Shown here: piece after piece, positions 1 to 11,796 of the stretch
Position numbering within the stretch: the first letter of the stretch is position 1
How the letters are laid out: each line of letters begins with the position of its first letter
Assembly (NCBI GenBank): GCA_030390025.1
Contig: JASTWF010000035.1
Coordinates: 1,426,001-1,490,000 of the forward strand
Direction of reading: 5' to 3'
Source of the DNA: Squalus acanthias
Taxonomy: Eukaryota
Length of the DNA: 64,000 bases
Notes under the pieces: model-generated
The model's input: the letters and a program-made list of their open reading frames with translations, nothing else
Database searches by the model: none
What the model was told of the DNA's origin: nothing
Translations under genes and position numbers: made by a program

Positions 1-882
1 TGGTATGTCGTGGTGTTTGGTGGGGTGGGATGGTATGTGGTGGTATTAGGGCAGGTGGGATGGTATGTTGTGGTGTTAGGGCGGGGTGGAATGGTATGTG
101 GTGGTGTTAGGGCGGGTGGGATGGTATGTTGTGGTGTTAGGGTGGGGTGAGATGGTATGTCGTGGTGTTAGGGCGGGGTGGGATGGTTTGTGGTGGTGTT
201 AGGGCGGGTGGGATGGTATGTCGTTGTGTTAGGGTGGGGTGGGATGGTATGTCGTGGTGTTAGGGCGGGGTGGGATGGTATGTCGTGATGTTAGGGCTGG
301 GTGGGATGGTATGTCGTGGTGTTACGGCGGGTGGGATGGTATGTCGTGGTGTTAGGGTGGGGTGAGATGGTATGTCGTGGTGTTAGGGCGGGGTGGGATG
401 GTATATCGTGGTGTTAGGGGGGGTGGGATGGTATGTCGTGGTGTTAGGGGGGGTGGGCTGGTATGTCGTGGTGTTAGGGTGGGGTGAGATGGTATGTTGT
501 GTTGGGGCGGGGTGGGATGGTATGTCGTGTTAGGGAGGAGTGAGATGGTATATCGTGGTGTTAGGGTGGGGTGGGATGATATGTCGTGGTGTTAGGGCGG
601 GGTGGGATGGTATGTCGTGGTGTTAGGGTGGGGTGGGATGGTATGTCGTGGTGTTAGGGTGGGTTGAGATGGTATGTCGTGGTGTTAGGTTGGGTTGGGA
701 TGGTATGTCGTGGTGTTAGGGGGGGTGGGATGGTATGTCGTGGTGTTAGGGGGATGGGATGGTATGTCATGGTGTTAGGGGGGGTGGGATGGTATGTCGT
801 GGTGTTGGGGGGATGGGATGGTTTGTCGTGGTGTTGGGGGGATGGGATGGTTTGTCGTGGTGTTGGGGGGATGGGATGGGAT
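1..882 (+). repeat. G-rich minisatellite, ~31-32 bp unit containing TTAGGG
   Basis: Tandem unit ~ggtgggatggtatgtcgtggtgttagggcggg; array is cut by the window start. Confidence 0.95.
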
Positions 883-1365
883 GGTGCAGTGTGAAGCCAC
901 CAACGGCCGCAGGTGGTGTTGGGACTCAGGGTTGAAGTGATAATGTGGCTCTCCACGGATGCCTTTCCATCCCCACCCCCCAGTTACTCGTGTTACCGCC
1001 ACACTCCCTCAATCTCATCATGTTCCTTCAACTTCCCACTACTCCCCACCTCTGTTTAAAACTACCCACTCAACCCCTGGAGCCTCCTGTCCCCTTGCTC
1101 CATTCTCACTCTTCCTGCACAAATTTAAAGATGGCAGGTAAATTTCTTGGGCCAGTTGCCGTTGTGACTGCGGGGCTAATGATGGGCCGATGTTCACTTC
1201 TGATGATAACAACTCTTTCCTTTCTCAGGACCAGAGAGAACAACTTTCTGTATGTGTCCGACCAGGAGATGGTTCATACACAGAGGTACAGTTGAAAAAT
1301 CTTCAGTTTTTCCTAATCTCCTGATCCTTCACCATTAATGTGGGGATTGCTATTGTTCTGTTATA
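883..1365 (+). repeat. Flank of minisatellite, duplicated in inverted orientation at 34708-35005 and 48208-48400
   Basis: Reverse-complement match by eye, e.g. gggactcagggttgaagtgataatgtggctctcc vs ggagagccacattatcacttcaaccctgagtccc. Confidence 0.85.
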
Positions 1366-1544
1366 GAAAGATGAAAATTACATTGTGCTGTTGAGGAAGC
1401 TCTGATGTTGGGGCAATATATTCACTGCGATGAAATTTCGACGTGTTTTTGTCTCTTGTCGATTGAGTTTCCTGGAGATGGAACACACGCCATGATATCA
1501 CGGGCTTCGAATGCTTTGACTTCACTGCATGTGCTGATCTGGTT

Positions 1545-1815
1545 GGGGCACAGTGTTAAAATTAGAGCCGGCCATTTAGGAGGGAGATTAGAAAGCATCT
1601 TTTTACAGAAAGGTTAGTGAACTCTGGAACTCTCTTCCCCAGCGGATGCTGGGTCAATTGGAGCTCTCAAGACTGAGATCAATAGATTTTTGTTCGGTAA
1701 GGCTATTTAGGGATATGGAGCGAAGGTGGGTAAATGGGGTTGAGGTACAGACAGCCATGACCTAACAGGCTCGAGGGGTTGAATGGGCTCCTCCTGTCTT
1801 CCTTTGTTCCTATGT
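1545..1815 (+). mobile_element. CR1 LINE 3' fragment
   Basis: Decayed ORF2 C-terminus and 3' UTR ending ctcctcctgtc...gttcctatgt. Confidence 0.7.
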
Positions 1816-1829
1816 GACTTCCCTACTAG

Positions 1830-2270
1830 GAGCACAGAGTTATCTCTCAGAGCTCAACCCTTTCATTTTGGGATCAGTCTTGCTGCTCTTCATTGTGCCC
1901 TCTCTAATACTTGTGATGTGGTGAATTGAACACAATACTGAAATGTGCACTGTGGAGCCCAGGTGTAATCTTCAGAGACTTCTGCCCAATTATTCTTGCT
2001 ACATATCCCAGCATTTACTGTCACAATAAACTCCCCCCATTTATGAATTAGCCCTCTCTCACAGGTTCACTTCCAGATCTCTCTCTGCAGTTCACTTTCA
2101 CTCACTGTGTAATGTACAATCCTTTGCCCAATATGTAGTATTTGATATTCAGCAATGTAATATTTCACCTGCCATTTATCTGCCCAATCCCCTGGCCTAT
2201 CAGAATCATTCTGTCAACCTTTTGCTCCATCCTCTGTCTCTACCGCTGTCAGTAAATTTGACAAGCATAA
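1830..2270 (-). mobile_element. Old, highly decayed CR1 RT remnant
   Basis: Patchy similarity to other CR1 copies (gaacacaatact, cctgccatttatctgccca, gtcagtaaattt). Confidence 0.45.
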
Positions 2271-3167
2271 GAGCCAATTTATCTCTGCCCACTGCCCAGA
2301 TGGAATGGGGCGGGCGAGCGATTAAACTGACGGTAGAGCACTTCCTCCTGTGTTTCTGACAACTTTGTGCCCGCCGTCAATGGCAGGCAGGTGAGGGCCT
2401 TGTTGATATTTAAAAGTCGGGGCATGAGGATGTCATTCGGACCCCGACATGACTTTATCCCCGGGTAGTGCAAGCTGCGCAGTGGCGGATCCACAGCAGG
2501 GCCCAAAGTGGTAATAGCAGGAGCGCGCCTTTAGGGTCCTCAGGGAAACCTTGGGCCTTCCCTGTCCTGGTGTTCCTTCTCCCTCCCCCAACCTCAATCC
2601 CATCCCAACCCTGCCCCGACCACAGACCTTTGTGCCGGAGACAGACCCTTCGAATCCGCGGAAGCGGCCTTCTGGCATATGAAAACTGATTCCCGCCCAC
2701 CTGCCAACCACCTCGTCATTTCTGCCGGGTTCAAGCTTGAGACCTGGGAGTTAAAATGGTCCAGGTCTCACATCGGCACCGTCATGAGCACTTCCTGCCC
2801 ATCCTGCCCCTGCATGGTGTACTCTCATTCCAAGTTAAAATCAGGACTTTTGTTTTTATATCTACCTATTAGTGTGGATAATGTTTGGCTTGGTGACACC
2901 CCTGGAGAGTCACGATCAGCCAGGGGAGCAGAGTCAAGGTCTGCTTGAGGGTCACAGTTGGCACCTACCTTGAGGTCAGAATTGGGGCCTGTCTTGCGAT
3001 CTGGGTTGATCTTTTCTTGGGAGTCAAAGTGGAGAGCTACCTGGGTTGTATAAGGTGCCTGGTGTGCAGAGCCCAGGAACTGCCTGGTATTTGGAGTTTA
3101 GAGCCTGCTTTGCATTTTTATCTGTAGCCTGCCTTGCAGCTGAAATCTGGGGTGTGTCGAGCACTCC

Positions 3168-3375
3168 AGGGGTAATTTTCTGATGTTGTGTTCCTTGTGA
3201 GAAGACTTGCCTGCCAGAAGCACACATTGGAAATTCAGGTGCAGGCTGCGTACAATCTTCCAACCATTGATTGAAACGGTTTGGAATTCATGTGCAGCAT
3301 CTGCCCAAACTTCCAACATGTGCTTCTGACGGGCGAGGCTTCTCACCAGAAGCGCAAAGTTGGAAAATTACCCCT
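3168..3375. mobile_element. Short MITE, probably PIF/Harbinger-type
   Basis: Perfect 13-bp TIR aggggtaattttc / gaaaattacccct. Confidence 0.7.
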
Positions 3376-3499
3376 TTGGTGTCCACATAGATTTCCTTCA
3401 ATGCATTTCAGCTGAGATATCAGGGAAGGTTTTGTGCAGCAGAACCTCTCTTGAAAGAAGGAGTGCGAGTCAACAAATACTATTCTTACTCGCCAGGTA

Positions 3500-3861
3500 T
3501 CCTTAGACTGTGACCCCTGGTTCTGGACTCCCCCGCCATCGGGAACATCCTTCCTGCATCTAGTCTGTCCAATCCTGTTAGAATTTTATAAGTTTCAATG
3601 AATCCCCTCTCATTCTTCAAAACTCTAGCGAATATAAGCCTAATCGACCCAATCTCTCCTCATACGTCATTCTTGCCATCCCAGGTATCAGTCTGGTGAA
3701 TCTTCGCTGCACTCTCTCCATGGCAAGAACATCCTTCCTCAGATAAGGCGACCAAAACTGCACACAATACTCTAGGTGTGGTCTCACCAAGGCCCTGTAC
3801 AACTGCAGCAAGACATCCTTGCTCCTGTACTCGAATCCTCTCGCTATGAAGGCCAACATAC
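3500..3861 (-). mobile_element. CR1 ORF2 fragment
   Basis: Translates as LAFIARGFEYRSKDVLLQLYRALVRPHLEYCVQFWSP. Confidence 0.92.
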
Positions 3862-4121
3862 AGGAGGTACAACACGGGTACCGTTCAGAGGGTACAGCAC
3901 GGGTACTGTTCAGGGGGTACAGCATGGGTACTGTTCAGGGGGTACAGCATGGGTACTGTTCAGGGGTACAGCACGGGTACTGTTCAGGGGGTACAGCACG
4001 GGTACTGTTCAGGGGGTACAGCACGGGTACTGTTCAGGGGGTACAGCACGGGTACTGTTCAGGGGTACAGCACGGGTACTGTTCAGGGGGTACAGCACGG
4101 GTACTGTTCAGGGGGTACAGT
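3862..4121 (+). repeat. Minisatellite, 25-26 bp unit x ~10
   Basis: Unit caggg(g)gtacagcacgggtactgtt, head to tail with no spacers. Confidence 0.95.
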
Positions 4122-4567
4122 TACAGACTGCTTGGAACTGACAGAGGTCTGGAGCAGGTTACATGCCCAGCCCCTTAGTCAGAGAGAAAGTGGTTTAAAA
4201 AAGGCAGGGAAGAGGAACTGACTAAACAGTAGAGGAAAATCGATCTCTCCGGTGTACAGCAAGCTCACAGTGATTTCTTCTCCATTTAGAGCACACATTG
4301 ATGCCTCCACTGGACTGCAACATCCACTCCCGAATACCGTAGTCTGACAGTCCGACCCCGTAAGTAACTGAACCGTTTCTAATACACAATCACTGTTCCA
4401 AACATAAAAGGGTTGGCTGCCAACTGTTCGGGGATGAAAGTGTTGGTGATTGGGCCAAATGTCCTGTGTATCCGCTCCGATGGTGGAAGTGCAGCGGACA
4501 AAACTTCTGCCTGACTGTTTGAGCCCCTGACCCCAGCCCACTTCCTGCCTGTTGTAATGGTGCATTT

Positions 4568-4720
4568 AAATAGCAAGCCTGGGACCGCCACCACCCAGAG
4601 GACAAGGGCAGCAGGTGCATGGGAACACCATCAGCTGCAGGTTCCCCTCCAAGTCACACACCATGCCGATTTGGAAATATATCGACATTCCTTCAATCGC
4701 TGGGTCAAAATCCTGGGACC
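4568..4720 (+). mobile_element. 3' fragment of a second CR1/L2-group LINE family
   Basis: ggacaagggcagcagg...gctgggtcaaaatcctgg; same family as 33100-34093 and 34340-34700. Confidence 0.7.
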
Positions 4721-5644
4721 CTTGTTTTAAACAATCTACTGTTGTTCACTTGAGTAGTAACAAATTCAGTCTTATGGTTATAATCATTGTATTTTTTCTA
4801 CTTTAACATAAAAAAAATCTAAAAGTGGAGTATAATTTCTTCAGAGTATAACACAAATTATGAACAAAGTTTTGTCAGCAGATTTGAATGTAAGCATGTG
4901 TTCATCCTTGTACATTTCTCTCTTCTGGACAACATAAAAGCTTATTTTTTATACACTGTTTTTCTCCTATCAAACTGGAACTGTCATTGCCTTATATGAT
5001 AGTCTCTGGTCAATGCACAGTCCTTTGGCCGATTCTTATGCACACAAGTTTACATTTCTCTACAACATACGTACATCAACAACCTTTCACGTAAGTTGCA
5101 GTGTCCTTGTTATTGTGACCGTAACAGTTATAATCTAAACATTCTATTATGGCACTACTATAAACATCCCAAGGCCTTACTTCAATCTTGAACACTGGCT
5201 GTTGCTAGGGTGATCTGTAATTCTTTCTCTCTCTCTCTCTCAACTGTTGCTCGGCCAGGGTATCTCTCTGTCCCTCATGTACCAGCATCTCTACCTGATG
5301 CCACACAGACCATGAATATTCCAGGTTTGCTTCCCAGTCTGTGCTGCAGTGTCTGATCTCAGCTGAGGCCAGTAAAGGGGCTACGATTGGTCCTGGCACT
5401 TGCTCCTCCTAACTGGTGCTTAGTGTTTCTGGTGCTGTGTGTTTCAACTGGTGTTCTTCCTCAAACTTTATCTCTATTTCTTCCCCCAAAGTAGATGCTT
5501 GTGGCTGTTGGAATGAGTGAAATGGATGATCCCTTTGCCTCTGGGCCTGTGAGCTGCTGCTCCTCTTCCGGCCCTACGGAAACCCAATGGGGAAAAGCAT
5601 AGATTTGAATCCTTGGAGCACATTCCATTTGCCATAGATATGAT

Positions 5645-5768
5645 TTTTTTTATATTGGTTCATGGGATGTGGGCGCCGCTGGCAAGGCCAGCATTTATTG
5701 CCCATCCCTAATTGCCCTTGAGAAGATGGTGGTGAGCCGCCTTCTTGAACTGCTGCAGTCCGTGTGGC
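5645..5768 (-). mobile_element. 3' tail of the same LINE family (another short piece at 6227-6296, + strand)
   Basis: catgggatgtgggcgccgctggcaaggccagcatttattgcccatccctaattgccc. Confidence 0.75.
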
Positions 5769-5889
5769 ATGATGATGATATGGTGGCAAGTAAGATTCCT
5801 TTTAGGAGACTTCATGACTGTTCCGTAAAGTCAGAAAAAGTTGTAAATCCAGGCAACAATCTGCAGATTCGCCTCTCTCCAATGGCGAG

Positions 5890-6000
5890 CATGAAGCAGT
5901 GGCCCACGATATCAAGGATTAGTTCCTCGATGCGAGTCACCTCCAGTTTTCAGCCTCTCCCTTCCATTGTGGGCCTCTTTGGCCCTTACACGTAGGACTG
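5890..6000 (-). pseudogene. Remnant exon of a Harbinger Myb/SANT-like protein
   Basis: RAKEAHNGRERLKTGG then, after a frameshift, TRIEELILDIVG; parallels AHNRRQQDLTSGG...TPMEE at 32308. Confidence 0.55.
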
Positions 6001-6675
6001 CGATGAAAGGCTGACTGTTTTTTGAGATGTGCCACAGCTGGGCCATTAACCGTTGTACTGCCCAGAAGATGATTGTGCGAACATGCAGCATGGAAGTGGG
6101 AAGTGTATGAGAGGTTACAAGGGCAGAGAAAGATGTACTGAGTGTGTTTGACACAGTGCTATTGTTAGAAAGGGCAAAGGGGTCTACAGATATGAGGTGT
6201 AAAATTCAACTTGGACAGGGACGCACCAGGGCAATTAGGGATGGGCAATAAATGCTGGCCTTACCAGCGATGCCCACATCCCATGAATAAAAAAAACTAC
6301 TTCCACACTGGGAGCAGAATTTCAGCCTCATAGTTCCCATTGCTACAACAACTTCAAGTTTGTCATCTTGTTGCCAATACTTCTAGAATTCATATATAAG
6401 AACCTTAATAGGGTAACCCTGACTTTTACAGCATTCCTGTTCTGAATTTCTTCTCTTTTTTTGTCTATTTTGTTTATATCTACTCCCAGTCTTTCTATAT
6501 TAAATCCTCCTCCATTGCTCCATTTACACCCTCTACAAGGGCATTGGTACTAAATGGCTGATTGTAGCCTGTCCAATCTGAACAGTTTCTTCCTATCCCA
6601 GAATATGTCTCAATGTCCTAGGAATCTAAAACCTTTCCTTCTACACCATCGTTTTAATCACCTATTGACATATTT

Positions 6676-7280
6676 ATGAACATACGAACAATGACAGACA
6701 GGCAAAGACCCTCTGGTCATCGAGCCTGTCCCACACAATTGCGATACCTTGTGCATCACAACATACACTCCCTACCCCACCCCAAACCATGTGATCTCCT
6801 GGGAGAGGCAAAAACTCAGCTACAAACCCAGGCCAATTTGGGGGGAAAAAATCTGGGAAATTCCTCTCCAACCCATCTAGGCAATGGAAACTAGTCCAGG
6901 AGATCACTCTGGCCCTGAACTCCCTGTAGTACCTACCTTCTGTAAGAGATGATCTCCGCCCCAGCCAGAAACAAATCCAGCTCTCGCTAGAAGGAATTCA
7001 GTGAAACAGCGTCCACCGCACGAGATGGCAGCCTGTTCCAGAGGTCCACTATTCTCTGGGAGAAGAACCATCTCCTGACATCTAATCTAGATCTTGCCTT
7101 ATACAACTTAAATTTGTGACCCCTGGTCCTCCCTAACCTATTTAATTGGAAGAAACTGTCAACTGGAACACAATCAATCCCCTTCATTATCTTATAAACC
7201 TCAATTGTATCACCCCAAATCTACGCTTCTCTGAGGTATAGAGTCCCAACTATTCTAGCCTATCTTGATAACTAAGTTGC
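6676..7280 (-). mobile_element. CR1 3' fragment with long 3' UTR, inserted in an old CR1 ORF1 remnant (~6500-6675 and 7281-7540)
   Basis: RTRGHKFKLYK...FFSQRIVDLWNRLP; flank translates LLPGARV...NQPEVIPIGN (decayed esterase). Confidence 0.75.
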
Positions 7281-7563
7281 TTTAAACTGTTTCCGTCTGA
7301 CTGATCCAGCACACAGTACCAGATGTAATCTTGAGCCTTCTACCCTTGAGATTTTTGCACTTCAGTCTGGAGCTTAACTCCTTATACACCCTCTGCAAGA
7401 CCTCCATCCTAGTCTTTCCTAAGCCTTTGTTTCCTATGGGAATCACTTCTGGCTGATTTCTCCCCCTCTCCAGAAGTTTTTCCGCCTTCTCCGTTCTGTT
7501 GCTTACCCTGGCACCAGGGAGGAGCCACACCAGGTGCCTCTGGTCAATCTATAAAACATACTC

Positions 7564-8016
7564 AGGTAGAAATTGGATTCAGCTTGTTTTCGGGGTCAAG
7601 AACACGCCAGAAGCCGGAGGCCCAAGGTTCACCTGCAATTGGGCCTTGGGCCTCATTTTAATAATAGAGGCGAGCTGCCGGTGCCTGTCGAGCCTCCAGA
7701 GGAAGCTTGCTCGATGCCAGGGATCTAATTTGGGCCTGCTACCTCACCGACAGTGGCCCTCTAGTAAGCCCTGGGAGGTGGTGGGGTCGGAAGAAAACGT
7801 GAGGGGCCCGATTGCGGGCCAACAGCAGCCCGCTGTAGTGCTGTGGAGCTGGGAGGTGAACTCCAATCCTCCCAGCTCCACAGGCGAGGAAGTAAAAAAC
7901 ATTCCCAACCATTTGTTCGACGGCCTCCAGCACAGATTGTGCAGAGAATCTCACGCCCAGAAATTGGCAGACATTGCGCCCATGATATGCCAGAAACACA
8001 TCCCAATTTCTACCCT
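7564..8016. mobile_element. MITE, PIF/Harbinger-like
   Basis: TIR ggtagaaattgg / ccaatttctacc with GC-rich interior. Confidence 0.65.
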
Positions 8017-8035
8017 GCTCTGTATCCCCAGTAGA

Positions 8036-8453
8036 ATCCCCCAGCAACTTCTCATCTCCTATCCTCATGGCTCCATGCTGCATTGGTGTTGCTAATGATC
8101 ACTTTCTCTGTGTCTTTGCCCTCATAATGATGGGGCTGAAAATCGTTGGGAGAAGGAAGATTCTGGCGTAAGAGCATGGAGGGTCCCCACCTTGTCCACA
8201 AGCTGCAACTTGCGGCAGAGGTTGTCAGTTCCAGTGGGGGGGCCAAGCACTGAAATAATTTTTAAAAACAAAACCCTTTTCCTCCAGGAATCAAAGCCAT
8301 GTTCCTGCTCTGGATCCCAGGTGGACCCCACTACTGCCCTTTCGTGGCCTGGTACACCTGGTCTGGTTTCACCACCGCTGACCCCACCCGAGGGCAGGAG
8401 ATGCAGCAACTCCGGGCCTAGCACGATACTGTTTAATCTGAATGAAGAGCCAA
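8036..8453 (-). repeat. Inverted copy of 13548-13927 joined to an inverted copy of 12698-12731
   Basis: Near-identical reverse-complement match; the same peptides appear on opposite strands in the ORF track. Confidence 0.92.
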
Positions 8454-9549
8454 GCAATCATTCACAGTAAGGATGACAAAGTCAGTCAGAAGTACTTGGT
8501 GTGATATGCTGAGCAATTATTTCACTTCACTTCTATGTTGTAACTTGTATGATCAACTTCACAACTCCGAGTATTTGTTCAGCAATAATTCTGTTGTTTA
8601 GCATTAATTATAGTATTTCTACTAATTATATATAGTTATTTTTCATGGGGTAACAGCACTGCTACTCCTGGCAACTACTTGTGGGTCTAACTCTGGTGAA
8701 TAAACTGACCAAATAAAGAGCAGGCTGAGCAACATACCACAGATATTTCATGTTAGCAATAGTGAGACTAAAAACGTAGCCAGCGATTAAAATCTACTAA
8801 TCAATTTAACTAAAAGTGTGTTGGGTAAATGGAAATATTTGCGGCCTCTCCAGCAAGGCTTTATGCTGCTTTGATTGAAAGTGCTTCAGTACAGCAGGAC
8901 AATGCAGCGTATCACTAATAATGCTGCAAATAACAAAAAACTTAGCATTGAATTCCATCAGATTTCAGTTCAGCGATATTACTAATCCTGACATTTCACT
9001 CTTGGAAATGTAAAGATGTTTTTCTAACTTGGCTCTGAGCTGGGCTCCCGAACACAGTCAGTGAGTCTCTTGGTTTCAGTTTAAATGTTGGGGGAGAAAA
9101 TCAATGTTGTGATTATTATGAACCTTACACTCTGTTACATCCCTCTGGAATGACAATAATGATAATGTTAAATGATTTCACTGCATTAATCACTAACCTG
9201 TCTGTTTTATTGCTGTGAATGTTTGACAAGTATTGTTCCTATGCTCAGAGCACTCTTGGGATGCATCCTTGGTGCTGTGAGCAGGGAGTGGCACTCGTAG
9301 GCAGTGAAGCTCAGGGAATCACAGGAATGCAGCCCATGAGTGGTGGAAACCCGTGGTTGTGTGCCCATGATTTCCCAAGATGCAGTGCCTGGGACCACCG
9401 CTCCCTGCTGGGACTGCCTATGTGCTCACTTATTTCATTCCTTTTGGTTGTAATATGTTTTCCTGCCAGAATTAAAGCGATGTAACAGAGTCAGAGCTCC
9501 TGTATAAACTCCAGTACCTTAACAAGTGTTTCATTGTTTGAGGATGTTG

Positions 9550-9940
9550 TGATAGAAAAGGCTTTACCCACAATTTCAAACAGAAATTTCAGCACATTCA
9601 GCCTTTCTTGCCTCCTCTCAGTGATTTTACACAGTCCCACTCTTCGCTTTCTCCACACACCCTTTATATTGATGATCTTTAAGAATTTATCCAGTATCTT
9701 TGAGAGCTGTGGTGCACTTTAATGTAGATTACCGCTTGTATCAAAGCATTCCACAATCCAGTAACTCTTTGCGTGAAAAAAGTCACTTCTAATCTCACCC
9801 TTTATATATCTGGTGCTTGTCTTGAGATTGTGGCCTCTAGTCTCTGATTGACCTACCAATGGAAATGATCTGTCTGTGTTCACCATATCTGTTCCCTTTG
9901 TCATTTTTCACACCTTTGTCAAACTCCCCCCTCAACCTTT
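9550..9940 (-). mobile_element. Old CR1 3' fragment
   Basis: FPLVGQSETRGHNLK...IRSDFF. Confidence 0.7.
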
Positions 9941-9956
9941 GAGCAACACAGCACTA

Positions 9957-10122
9957 AGGTACGGTAGTGTAGTGGTTACCTAACTGTACCAGTAATCCAG
10001 AGAACGAGTTCAAATCATGTAAGTACCCTCAGTATTGTTGCGTCCTGTCCCTGGAGTGGGACTTGAACCTACTACCTTCTCACTCAGAGGTAAGAGTGCT
10101 CCACTGAGCCACGCTTGACACG
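9957..10122. mobile_element. Two tRNA-derived SINE heads (+ strand 9957-10016; - strand 10045-10122, SacSINE1/DeuSINE-like)
   Basis: A/B-box-like ggtagtgtagtgg...gagttcaaatc; minus strand tggctcagtgg...ggttcaagtccc. Confidence 0.6.
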
Positions 10123-10182
10123 AATATACTTATTTACACACTTATACCAACTTCAGGGAAGTAAAATCTGACAAAGATAATA

Positions 10183-10923
10183 GGCCAGAAATTGATCCCG
10201 CGACGCGAGAGTACGCACTGCGTACTCTCGCGTATTCCCACTCCAATTGCCGGTTTTCTGCATGCCCTGCGCATGCGCTGAAAACCGGCAATTGCTCTTC
10301 TGAAAAGGGGGCGGTTCCTCGGTGCATCGCGTGCGCGCTACAGGCTGCGCGCACGCTGTGCACTTCATGCTTTGGACGCGCAGGTAAGTACTGAAGATTT
10401 TAGAAATGTAAAAAGAAGGAGTAAGACCCACTTTTAAGAAGGTAAGTAGTGAATTAAGTATTTTTTTGAATTTTTTTTAACAGGTATATCTTTTTTAGAG
10501 ACTTTAAAGACAGGTAAGTTTATTTTTATAACTTTTTAAAAGATTTTAAATTTTTTCAAAAATTTAATTTTTTATTTAAAATGGTTAATTTAATTAACTA
10601 TACTTATTTTATTAATGTGATGGTTTTTTTTTAAATTTAATTGAGGTTTAGCTGTTATTTTGGGGGGTGTAAGATTCATAGATTTCACAGCCATGCCGTG
10701 AAACTTATGAATGGGAGATGGTGTGCTGCCATTGGCTCTAACTGAGTCACGTGATCCCACAGCTCGCACGAATTCACTACGCCGCTGGGATACGCAAGCA
10801 CTGCCCGGCTGATCTCTAGAACATGAAGTTCGTGCGAGCTGGATCTGAAAAAGCACAAGCGAGGTGAGAGATCACGGGAAAGCCTTACCCCCGCGGGAAC
10901 AGAGCGAGATCAATTTCTGGGCC
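10183..10923 (+). mobile_element. MITE family X, divergent copy 1
   Basis: TIR ggccagaaattgatc / gatcaatttctgggcc; CpG-rich ends and AT-rich core; homologous to 15776 and 45435. Confidence 0.85.
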
Positions 10924-11796
10924 TATATATCTAAATGTCTTCAATTATGCTGCCCACGGTGATGTAAACGGGCAGACATTTTTATGACTATATTTAATCA
11001 GACAGAGATTGGGAAGTATTTTAAACAAAAGTATTGCCCTGGACTTTCCTTCTCCTTTAATAGCTGTACAAATAGTAGCATTGTTGGTGAATCCCTGTAA
11101 TGAAGACCCAGTGAAAGCTGAACTTGTATCTGTACATTGGTGCCACATGCTAGTGCCATAAAGCACGGCACCACCACATCATCCTGAGGCCAGTATTTCT
11201 TAACATGACAGCATTTCAGCACATACTGAGAAAGGCAGCATTGTGTTTGGAAGCTGCACTACACTGTCACACTCCTGTGCTGCACACTATGTACAGGGAG
11301 AAAGAATCATTTGATCCTGACTGGTAAAGCTCAGGGAATCTTTCTGTCACGTTTATACTGTAATGCACGTAAAGAGGAGAGAAGCAAAAAACCTGTACAA
11401 AGGAACCACTGCTGCAAAGTTGCTTGTTTTGCACAGAAAGAATGTCAGTGAGATATTCTGCTCCTATAAACATTATCTCATTTTATTTGCTGATGATTGT
11501 TACAATAAACTGAAACATATGCTTTGATTTGTATGTTTAAAATCTCTAGCGCTACATTACGTGTAATTAACCTACAGTGAATACTTGAAGCAATAAAATT
11601 CTGGATTGATTAGATTTACTGTCTGCAGTCTTACTCTCACTTCATGTGTACACAATGAACGGCTGTCGATTGGGAAAGTGGAAAAGGATGAAGGCGGGTG
11701 GTCAAAGGAAGGGTGGGGCCGATTAGGATGAAGGCAGGTCTGATTCATTAAATGTTTCCTGTCAACACGAAGCTGTTATCAACCAGTCGAATCATT

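Noticed and set aside
1..882. True telomere
   Set aside because: TTAGGG is single per unit rather than tandem, and the strand is wrong for a left chromosome end
654..1002. Repetitive ORFs here and at 3776-4221 and 48355-49933
   Set aside because: Artefacts of stop-free satellites or N runs
1170..1545. C/D-box snoRNA-like tgatga/ctga motifs
   Set aside because: Boxes imperfect, no terminal stem, and the 1170-1210 motif is not conserved in the inverted copy
2272..2850. Additional GC-rich MITE
   Set aside because: Composition is suggestive but I could not define matching TIRs or a TSD
3862..4121. CRISPR-like regular repeats
   Set aside because: No unique spacers, no cas genes, vertebrate context
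1549..6160. CACAGTG heptamers (near 1549, 4266, 6152) as V(D)J recombination signals
   Set aside because: No ACAAAAACC-like nonamer at 12 or 23 spacing and no Ig/TCR segments
9190..9485. Host coding exon after a cactaac branch-like motif
   Set aside because: No recognisable protein and no convincing donor
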